Source: a bacterium (lineage in GTDB: Bacteria > Patescibacteriota > Minisyncoccia > Phycocordibacterales > UBA1006). From it: a stretch of DNA of 64,000 nt. The translations under genes were made by a program, and so were the position numbers. Numbering within the stretch: the stretch's first letter is position 1; the number at the start of each line of letters is the position of its first letter. The notes below the pieces were generated by a model. That model saw only the letters and a program-made list of their open reading frames with translations. It ran no database searches and was not told the DNA's origin. The stretch is from the NCBI GenBank assembly GCA_043771175.1, contig JAYVHO010000006.1, positions 9,800 to 73,799 on the forward strand. Reading direction: 5' to 3'. Positions 57,819 to 64,000 of the stretch are shown piece by piece.

Positions 57819-57862
57819 CTGCGCCGCTAGCGCAGTCCAGCTGGATCCCGCCGTGGCGGGAT
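57819..57862 (+). other. Cluster of three GC-rich palindromes downstream of ruvA (no U-tract)
   Basis: CTGCGC-cgcta-GCGCAG (57819..57835); TCCAGCTGGA (57836..57845); ATCCCGC-cgtg-GCGGGAT (57845..57862). GC-rich hairpins in an AT-rich spacer; function unclear (terminator or structured RNA or REP-like). Confidence 0.4.
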
Positions 57863-57910
57863 GACGAACAAGAATGATTTTCTTATATTTTCTGCTATGC
57901 TTCTCATATT

Positions 57911-57982
57911 GCCCCTGTAGTTCAATGGATAGAATAGGTCCGTCCTAAGGATTTGATGGTGGTTCGATTCCACCCATGGGCA
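57911..57982 (+). tRNA. tRNA-Arg (anticodon CCT); one C-U mismatch in acceptor stem (5:68)
   Basis: GCCCCTGTAGTTCAATGGATAGAATAGGTCCGTCCTAAGGATTTGATGGTGGTTCGATTCCACCCATGGGCA. Anticodon loop GTCCTAA. Confidence 0.7.
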
Positions 57983-58077
57983 CAAGATATCGCCATTTAA
58001 ACCGCGAATAAAACGTTCTTCTTCACACCCGTTTGGGAGTTTAGGATTTACATCAAATTCTTTGGTGTATCCATTAT

Positions 58078-58437
58078 CTATAAATTAAATTCTGCTTCCA
58101 AACTTTTAATAAAGTTTTCAATAGAAACTAAATCAGTCATAAAATAAGTTAATAAACTTTTGCCAGTATATCCTGCTCCAATTCTTAGAACAACCTTATA
58201 GTGTCCCAGATTGTCTAATTTAATGAGATTAAAGTATTGATCAGAATCATAATCATTAAACTCAAATATTTTTAGATTTAATTTTGAGCTTAATTCATCT
58301 TTATAAAAATTGAAGTTTGATTTACCGCTAAATTGAGAATTTTCTATTTGCCAAACACATTCAATGTTTCTATCATATAACTTAAATTCTGAAAAAATAA
58401 TTGATGAATCAAGACCATTTAATTTAATATTACTCAT
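58078..58437 (-). CDS. Immunity-like small cytoplasmic protein (paralog of 59654..60016 and 58963..59427); starts 4 nt after orphan CT stop
   Basis: 119 aa; ...FEFNDYDSDQYFNLIKLDNLGHYKV... aligns with FIESNESDYNNFKLIIGPDLVIQ of the 120-aa protein. No signal peptide or TM. Confidence 0.6.
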   Translation of the reverse strand: MSNIKLNGLDSSIIFSEFKLYDRNIECVWQIENSQFSGKSNFNFYKDELSSKLNLKIFEFNDYDSDQYFNLIKLDNLGHYKVVLRIGAGYTGKSLLTYFMTDLVSIENFIKSLEAEFNL

Positions 58438-58441
58438 AGGT

Positions 58442-58810
58442 TTATTTTATTAATCCAATAAATTTAAAATCATCGACCGCTTTAAAATTTCCAAATTCAT
58501 CAAGTAGTGCATTAAAATGGATTTCAATTTTAATACCGTCTGAAAGCTCTTTACTATAAGCAAATTTATTCCAGCCTAGCCAACGAGTATCTGTTAGTGT
58601 TGGCATTTTCAGTTTTATACCAAGACCTTTCGGATTTGCAAGAATTTCTTTCATTACTAATTCCTCTTGGAGCGTATTAGCAACATTTCGACCCGTCGAT
58701 CCTAAGCCTAATGGTTTAAGTGGTATTTGTGTAGCTATTGAAACCTCTTTTAGAGTATTATTTACGATCGCCTTTACCTCACTATTCCTTCACTTGCTGC
58801 TTTTATTAAA
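58442..58810 (-). pseudogene. Orphan effector C-terminal cassette: 116-bp pre-toxin homology (58695..58810) + 1-nt frameshift + intact 70-aa variable CT ORF (58442..58654) ending DDFKFIGLIK
   Basis: Upstream in-frame extension reads RNSEVKAIVNNTLKEVSIATQIPLKPLGLGSTGRNV...MKEILANPKGLG... The effector reads GNSEVKAIVNNTLKEVSIVTQIPLKPLGLGSTATQKTW... Frame broken by deletion (attacc to attcc) at ~58787 giving a TGA at 58790..58792. CT is ~50% identical to the effector CT (TDTRWLGWNKFAYSKELSDGIKIEIHFNALLDEFGNFKAVDDFKF vs NDSRWLGWSKLSYSRKVIDRGVEYLVEIHFNAKKINGTITLVDDFKF). Confidence 0.75.
58695..58810. repeat. Copy B of the 116-bp repeat, upstream of orphan CT ORF
   Basis: See copy A. Homology decays on both sides (58685-58694 unrelated; downstream of 58810 only patchy similarity, e.g. 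aggtcaagtg). Confidence 0.9.
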
Positions 58811-58962
58811 GACAGGTCAAGTGTTGTATATTGAGTTATCTGATGAGTATGATAATCAAGGAGAATAATTGAAGTAAAAGAGGTGAGGAAGCTATGAGTT
58901 TATTCTTTAATTAAGCGTATCTTAAAAACTCGCAAGAGTGAGTTTCTATGCTTTGATTTCTG

Positions 58963-59427
58963 TTATGGTTGGATATTTTCTTTCAAAACAGTCCACGGGT
59001 TTTCTCCACGTGCTTTTTTTGTTTTTATAACATAGTCATAAAATTTTTTAAAGTCGCCTTCTTGTCCTATAATATCGTTTAGCATTTGTTGTGGATCATT
59101 TTCAAATAATTCACGAGGGCCTATAATTAATTTTATTTCTGGCCAAGGTCTAGTTGGCTCTATTATTATCCAGTTTTCTGGAATTGAATTATCTATTATT
59201 TCAAAATAAATAGAAAACTCCGTAAAACCATTTTCGTCGGCATACGAAATACTACCTAAATCAAAAGATTTTTCACTATGCTTAAATGGTTTTGAAACGA
59301 CAATAAACCAAACTTCTTTAATTTCTCCTATTTTAATACGCTCATTTGTTCTTTGTAAATCCTTATTACCTATGTATATAAGTGCTTCCGACTCAGTAAT
59401 TTCATTTCTAATTGCTTTAATTTTCAT
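58963..59427 (-). CDS. Immunity-like protein paralog (154 aa)
   Basis: ...IPENWIIIEPTRPWPEIKLIIGPRELFENDP... shares the KLIIGP motif region with the 120-aa protein. Starts 3 nt after the stop of a 28-codon CT remnant. Own terminator AAACTC..GAGTTTTT at ~58928..58955 (minus strand). Confidence 0.6.
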   Translation of the reverse strand: MKIKAIRNEITESEALIYIGNKDLQRTNERIKIGEIKEVWFIVVSKPFKHSEKSFDLGSISYADENGFTEFSIYFEIIDNSIPENWIIIEPTRPWPEIKLIIGPRELFENDPQQMLNDIIGQEGDFKKFYDYVIKTKKARGENPWTVLKENIQP

Positions 59428-59430
59428 AAA

Positions 59431-59520
59431 TTATTGGGTTATATTCTCAAGGAATTTAAAATCATCAATGGTGAAATAGCAAACAACCACGCTTTCAGCG
59501 AGATCACCATACACTTTTTA
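59431..59520 (-). pseudogene. Remnant of a third effector C-terminal cassette (28 codons ending ...VCYFTIDDFKFLENITQ*)
   Basis: Minus-strand translation: K V Y G D L A E S V V V C Y F T I D D F K F L E N I T Q stop. It shares the terminal (V/I)DDFKF motif and the 'stop + 3-4 nt + ATG' junction seen at the two other CT/immunity junctions. Confidence 0.5.
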
Positions 59521-59653
59521 AGTTTTTCTTTATTTGCTTGATTCATATTATTAATTTTGATTATAAACTTGATTAACTAATTCTGACCAAAAAGGTATAT
59601 ACTCGGCATTTTTTAATAATTCATAGTTAATTTTTCCTGGTTGTTAATGTAGA

Positions 59654-60016
59654 CTATGATTTTTCATCATACACATTTTCTAATAATTTGTTATTTAAAT
59701 GCTGACCCGCTATTGTATCTTTTTGAACAATTTCATAAAGATTGCCTTTCTGTATAACCAAATCAGGACCAATAATCAATTTAAAATTATTATAATCACT
59801 CTCATTGCTCTCAATAAATCTAATTTTCCAATCTTTGTTTAATTCATTGTTAATAAATACTAGATACTTTAAATCCAAACAAATAATTGATTTATCAATT
59901 ATAACACCAAAAGTAAACTCACCACTAGTAAGAAGATACAGAAATGCAACATCAAAAACCATTTCACTATCTTTCTGTGAATAATCAATATTTGTATTTT
60001 TTAGTTTAACTTTCAT
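59654..60016 (-). CDS. Putative cognate immunity protein of the effector (120 aa), starts 4 nt after effector stop
   Basis: MKVKLKNTNIDYSQKDSEMVFDVAFLYLLTSGEFTF...FIESNESDYNNFKLIIGPDLVIQKGNLYEIV... Cytoplasmic. Paralogous to 58078..58437 and 58963..59427. Confidence 0.6.
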   Translation of the reverse strand: MKVKLKNTNIDYSQKDSEMVFDVAFLYLLTSGEFTFGVIIDKSIICLDLKYLVFINNELNKDWKIRFIESNESDYNNFKLIIGPDLVIQKGNLYEIVQKDTIAGQHLNNKLLENVYDEKS

Positions 60017-60020
60017 ATAT

Positions 60021-62888
60021 TTATTTTACTATAAATTTAAAATCATCTACTAAGGTTATAGTTCCATTAATTTTTTTTGCATTAAAATGAATTTCGACCA
60101 AGTACTCAACACCTCTATCAATAACTTTTCTTGAATAGGATAATTTACTCCAGCCTAGCCACCTTGAATCATTTAATGAAGTAATTATAGTTGCGCTATT
60201 TAGATTAGGATTTGAAAGTATTTCATCCATAGCTAATTTTTCAGCAACATTCTTCGCCTCAATATAAGATTCATTAGTTTTTAGTGCTATTGACCACGTT
60301 TTTTGGGTTGCTGTCGATCCTAAGCCTAATGGTTTAAGTGGTATTTGTGTAACTATTGAAACCTCTTTTAGAGTATTATTTACGATCGCCTTTACCTCAC
60401 TATTACCTTCACTTGCTGCTTTTATTAAATTATCGGCATTAGACCCAAATTTAGCCATAGTAGCTGCTTTGAATAAAGAAAGGTCAAGTGCAGTAAGGGC
60501 AATATTTGGATATCTCATGACATACGCATCAATCCATTCTTTGTCTGTCGCAGGTACACCAAATACATTAGATCCAGTATATGCTATTTTGATTTGATTT
60601 ACTGATACCACAGTACCTATTGCTCCAAGAGTCCCAAGAGAATAAGTCACCGCAGCAGGACATCCCACCCCGGCCGAATAAAAACATATAGCCGCTGACC
60701 CCCCTACAAGTATAACCGTTGCTCCTGCCATTGTTACTATACTTCCGATACTGGTGAATTCTGCCTTTGTCTCTGCTTTTGATTGAGATAACTGCGTACG
60801 GAAATCAGAAACAGCAAGATCTTCTGAAATTTTGTCGAATGCTCGGGCAAGGGAAATTTCAGAATCAATAAGGGATTGAGTTTCACTTGTATTCGTATAT
60901 GTTATAGTCGTAAACCCAAAACGAGCCTTTTCCGTGTCGATAGCCATCTTTGCTGTTTTTATTACAGCGTCTTGTATTTCAGCACTTTTTAATTTACTAA
61001 TTTTATAGGTGAGTGTGTTTATTGTTATTTGATTATTGGTTTTATACGTAGATAATACGTTTGTCTTTGCAGTTATTTGAGATTTAATGCTTGAAATATC
61101 AGTAGTAAGTGTGGCCAATAATGACTTAAGTCTTTGTATTTCTGTATCTCCAAATGCTTTTAGTTTCTGTGCTTTAGCAAAATCTGCAGAGGCATTTGAT
61201 ACTTCTGCTTTTGCGTCTGTTTTTTGATTATTAAGTGAATTTATTTGCGATTGATAAGAATTTATTTGGTTGTTCCAATAGGTAACATTGGATTTGGCAG
61301 TAGATGCTTGATTAGTGAAACTTATATATGAATTGTAATAATTATTTGATATAGCAGTATATCCTTTTTTATTTTTGTAGGTATTGTAATTATTTAAGGC
61401 CGCTGATGCTTGAGCGGTATATGAATTTGCTTGATTGGTATATGTTGCTACATTATTATTTGCTGAACTAATTGATTTACTGATATTAGCAATTTGAGAA
61501 TCCAGACTCGATAATTTTGCGTTCAGATTTGCAGATAGCTTTGAAACCGTTGCGGATGATGCAGTTACTTGTGATCCAACCGCACCTAATGAGTAAGTAA
61601 CTCCATTTTGAATGAATGATCCACTATTAATTTTATTGTTTAAATCTGTTGCAGACGCTTGTTTGGTAGCAAGAGAAGAATTTAAAACAGAAAGATCAGA
61701 ATTATATGCCGTTATTTTTGTATTAATTGCATCTAATTGAGATTTGTACGTAGCAATACTAGAAAGAGATCCACCACCTTCTGTAAGCAAGGCTTGCAAA
61801 TTAGAAATGGCTTGTATATACAAAGATTGATTTCTGGCTATTTCATTAAGACTTTTTAAGATATCAACAGTACCGACAGCACCTTGGTTATCTTTGTCTG
61901 TTTTTGCGGTTACATCAACGATACTATCAAGTGTTTTTTCTTGAGTAAGTGCTAGTGGAGTCTTCAAACCATTTCCCAATTTTGTATAACACGCCGCTCG
62001 TGCAGTATTACGTGTTGTCAGTGTTGTTATTTTCATTGCTGATGCAATACATACTTTAAAAGCATTAACTATATTTTGAGTTGAAGCATCAGATCCATCT
62101 ACGGAAATTGCTGCAATGTATACAGGAACATACTTCCCCCATATGGTCATTGCTTCTTCGTCTGATATATCAAAACCTTGTGGGTTTGTATCAGAAACCA
62201 CGAGTGCAGAGCCTGTATATATATGTTCAAAATCTTTTACGGAATATTTAATATTTCCCGCTTCTGTATCTGATAGTTCAACAATTCCTTTCACAGAATT
62301 ATATTCGCGAATTACTGAAAAGTGTCCTCCGACTTCTTTTTTTTCATCGTGAATTAATACGGGGTCACTAGTTTCACTTATATATGAAAGGATTTCGTTC
62401 GAGTTCCATTTTTTTAAGAAAACTTTTTGTGAAGTAAGTTGTGAAGCAGCTTGTTTAAGAGCAAATAAATTTGTTCCTTTTTCACTATTGAGATTTTCTG
62501 ATGCGATAAGGGCAAGTACTTCACTTTCAGAAATATCATCACCCAATTGTGTAAGCAGGGTTGCCAACGATGCCGGACCGCAATAATAGTCTTTTGATTG
62601 TCGTACAACGGCAGTAAAATCTTTTTTTGAATCATTTTCCGCTGTGTCGTCTCCAAGATCAAGATCTGCGTCGTCTTCTTCAGGTTCGGTTTCTAGCACC
62701 TGTGTGTCTGGTGCTGTTGATTCCGTTAATACCGTTGGTGGAATTACTGATGTTGATAATTCTTCGGCATGTACCATGAATGGCATACCAACCATCGCAA
62801 TTAATTGTAAAAATGCAAGGGATTTTGTAGTATATAATTTCATATGATGATATAAAATAAATTTATAATGATAATATATACCTCCCAA
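60021..62888 (-). CDS. Secreted polymorphic-toxin-like effector: signal peptide - acidic linker - papain-like C39-type peptidase domain - ~370-aa coiled coil (N/S/Q/T-rich) - glycine-zipper hydrophobic segment - conserved pre-toxin region - variable C-terminal domain (…DDFKFIVK)
   Basis: Probable start MKLYTTKSLAFLQLIAMVGMPFMVHA/EE at 62843. C39-like: ...VVRQSKDYYCGPASLATLLTQLG... (Gln/Cys) ...EVGGHFSVIREYN... (His). Coiled coil: ...LSSLDSQIANISKSISSANNNVATYTNQANSYTAQASAALNNYNTYKNKK... Hydrophobic: SIGSIVTMAGATVILVGGSAAICFYSAGVGCPAAVTYSLGTLGAIGTVVSV. Pre-toxin: SEVKAIVNNTLKEVSIVTQIPLKPLGLGST, duplicated at 58695..58810. Confidence 0.8.
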   Translation of the reverse strand: MGGIYYHYKFILYHHMKLYTTKSLAFLQLIAMVGMPFMVHAEELSTSVIPPTVLTESTAPDTQVLETEPEEDDADLDLGDDTAENDSKKDFTAVVRQSKDYYCGPASLATLLTQLGDDISESEVLALIASENLNSEKGTNLFALKQAASQLTSQKVFLKKWNSNEILSYISETSDPVLIHDEKKEVGGHFSVIREYNSVKGIVELSDTEAGNIKYSVKDFEHIYTGSALVVSDTNPQGFDISDEEAMTIWGKYVPVYIAAISVDGSDASTQNIVNAFKVCIASAMKITTLTTRNTARAACYTKLGNGLKTPLALTQEKTLDSIVDVTAKTDKDNQGAVGTVDILKSLNEIARNQSLYIQAISNLQALLTEGGGSLSSIATYKSQLDAINTKITAYNSDLSVLNSSLATKQASATDLNNKINSGSFIQNGVTYSLGAVGSQVTASSATVSKLSANLNAKLSSLDSQIANISKSISSANNNVATYTNQANSYTAQASAALNNYNTYKNKKGYTAISNNYYNSYISFTNQASTAKSNVTYWNNQINSYQSQINSLNNQKTDAKAEVSNASADFAKAQKLKAFGDTEIQRLKSLLATLTTDISSIKSQITAKTNVLSTYKTNNQITINTLTYKISKLKSAEIQDAVIKTAKMAIDTEKARFGFTTITYTNTSETQSLIDSEISLARAFDKISEDLAVSDFRTQLSQSKAETKAEFTSIGSIVTMAGATVILVGGSAAICFYSAGVGCPAAVTYSLGTLGAIGTVVSVNQIKIAYTGSNVFGVPATDKEWIDAYVMRYPNIALTALDLSLFKAATMAKFGSNADNLIKAASEGNSEVKAIVNNTLKEVSIVTQIPLKPLGLGSTATQKTWSIALKTNESYIEAKNVAEKLAMDEILSNPNLNSATIITSLNDSRWLGWSKLSYSRKVIDRGVEYLVEIHFNAKKINGTITLVDDFKFIVK
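60313..60429. repeat. Copy A of 116/117-bp near-identical repeat (pre-toxin recombination anchor), inside effector gene
   Basis: gtcgatcctaagcctaatggtttaagtggtatttgtgtaActattgaaacctcttttagagtattatttacgatcgcctttacctcactattAccttcacttgctgcttttattaaa versus 58695..58810: 1 substitution + 1 single-base indel. Confidence 0.9.
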
Positions 62889-63085
62889 AAGATCTATACT
62901 ATGTCTTTAAACCAAAAATAAGGACGACAAAACCAGTAGAATGGTCTCGTCGTCCTTATTGTAAGATGTATGAAGTCTATCAGAGTCAAAAGCAGAGTCA
63001 ATGAGTGTATTTTATACAAGGCGTTGTTAAAAAACTAATATACACAAAACCCCTCTCGCAATTACGCGATTGGGGTTTTATTGTG

Positions 63086-63158
63086 TGTCCTCAGAAGGGA
63101 TCGAACCTTCGACCGTCGGCTTAAAAGGCCGCTGCTCTACCAGCTGAGCTATAAGGAC
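63086..63158 (-). tRNA. tRNA-Lys (anticodon TTT)
   Basis: Minus-strand GTCCTTATAGCTCAGCTGGTAGAGCAGCGGCCTTTTAAGCCGACGGTCGAAGGTTCGATCCCTTCTGAGGACA. Anticodon loop CTTTTAA. Confidence 0.85.
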
Positions 63159-63196
63159 ATTGACTAACGTCGAACAATACTATACAACATTTATAT

Positions 63197-63679
63197 ATGA
63201 ATTTCAACCCCCACGGCCCCATTGTTGTTTTTGACAATTTGCGTAGTGTGTACAATACCGCATCTTTATACCGCACTATGGATTGTTTGGGAATTTTTAC
63301 CGCGTGTATTATTGGAACAACCCCAACACCAACTGATAGATATAACAGATATCGCAGTGATTTTTCAAAAGTTGCACTGGGGGCACAAATATCCGTGCAA
63401 ACATATTATTTTGCAACAATTACTGAATTTCTTGAAGCAATTAAACCTTTTAACTATTCTCTTGTTTGTGTTGAGCAATCAGAAAAATCTATTGATTATA
63501 AATCATTTCATCCGCCTCAAAACTGCGCTGTTGTTCTGGGTGCAGAAGTTGTGGGAGTTTCAAAAGAATTTCTTGATATATGTAATACAGTTTTGGAATT
63601 GCCTCAAAAGGGAGAAAAAGAATCTTTAAATGTTTCTATTGCAGGGGCGATTGTTTTGTACCGGCTCTTTGATATATAA
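63197..63679 (+). CDS. SpoU/TrmH-family RNA 2'-O-methyltransferase
   Basis: ...VVFDNLRSVYNTASLYRTMDCLGI... ...AVVLGAEVVGVSKEFLDICNTVLELPQKGEKESLNVSIAGAIVLYRLF (SPOUT motifs). Confidence 0.75.
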   Translation: MNFNPHGPIVVFDNLRSVYNTASLYRTMDCLGIFTACIIGTTPTPTDRYNRYRSDFSKVALGAQISVQTYYFATITEFLEAIKPFNYSLVCVEQSEKSIDYKSFHPPQNCAVVLGAEVVGVSKEFLDICNTVLELPQKGEKESLNVSIAGAIVLYRLFDI

Positions 63680-64000
63680 TGAATGCATTATGGCAGACAA
63701 AGCACCAGAAAACCCATTATTTGCAGGACTCTTATTTGTGTGGAAATTACTGGTATTTATTGTACTTTCTATCGTAGTAGTTCCTGCTATGGCTATTATG
63801 GTTACCCTTCATCCAACATGGGAAAAAACGTTAAAAGAGTATTTTCATTTAGGTTATTAAATTATTCGTTTGAATTTTAAAATTCATATTCAGATATCCA
63901 CAACAAATTATTCAAAACAAATCTGCTATACTCTTTAGGAAGCAAGTTTAGATAAAGAATAACAATGGCAATGTTTATGCCTTATATTATTTGATTCTTT

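Noticed and set aside
1-64000. Alternative genetic code (UGA as Gly, code 25) to explain the lack of an ORF call in the first 18.7 kb
   Set aside because: Long intact ORFs under the standard code elsewhere (736, 912, 795, 955 aa) and an uninterrupted standard-code frame across 1..18694 show the ORF was omitted only because its stop lies outside the window.
1-64000. CRISPR array
   Set aside because: No regularly spaced short direct repeats with unique spacers are present. The only regular repeats are the 4-copy CGGACATA motif (irregular spacing, no spacer-like units) and the 116-bp toxin-locus duplication.

Overview
This window is AT-rich DNA that is most consistent with a small-genome Candidate Phyla Radiation (Patescibacteria) bacterium. 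That is an inference, based on the gene content listed below; the standard genetic code is in use, because many ORFs longer than 700 aa are intact.

(1) Positions 1..18694 on the minus strand are one continuous reading frame. The supplied ORF track omits it only because its stop codon lies beyond the window edge. It encodes the first >6,200 aa of a giant secreted protein: a signal peptide, a roughly 600-aa Thr/Pro/Ala/Glu-rich stalk, then at least 8 tandem ~650-aa modules carrying a LamG/ConA-like lectin jelly-roll signature. The many short '+' ORFs in this region are antisense shadows of that gene.

(2) Positions 19.2-57.8 kb are a housekeeping and envelope neighbourhood. It includes lepB, def, fmt, ppiB, class II photolyase, HtrA, proS, fur, rpmB, rplS, rpsT, ruvA, ruvX, rluA, an MFS transporter, a periplasmic-binding-protein plus sensor-kinase pair, a VirD4/HerA-like ATPase, and eight tRNA genes (His, Leu, Val, Arg x3, Ser, Lys).

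(3) Positions 58078..62888 (minus strand) look like a previously undescribed polymorphic-toxin-like effector/immunity locus. It sits between tRNA-Arg(CCT) and tRNA-Lys(TTT). A ~940-aa secreted effector has a papain-like C39-type peptidase domain, a long coiled coil, a glycine-zipper hydrophobic segment, and a conserved pre-toxin region that ends in a variable C-terminal domain. Four nucleotides downstream is a small immunity-like gene. Further downstream are two decayed C-terminal cassettes. One is a 28-codon remnant; the other is a 70-aa orphan C-terminal domain preceded by a ~98%-identical 116-bp copy of the effector pre-toxin region, broken by a 1-nt frameshift. Each cassette is followed at 3-4 nt spacing by a paralogous immunity-like gene. 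All three C-terminal domains end in the motif DDFKF.

Other oddities include a 120-nt extended hairpin element between the HisRS-like gene and def, and iteron-like CGGACATA direct repeats between two convergent terminators. There is also a HisRS paralog with a degenerate catalytic motif, Bcp and L19 proteins with charged low-complexity tails, and non-canonical features in the Arg tRNAs.
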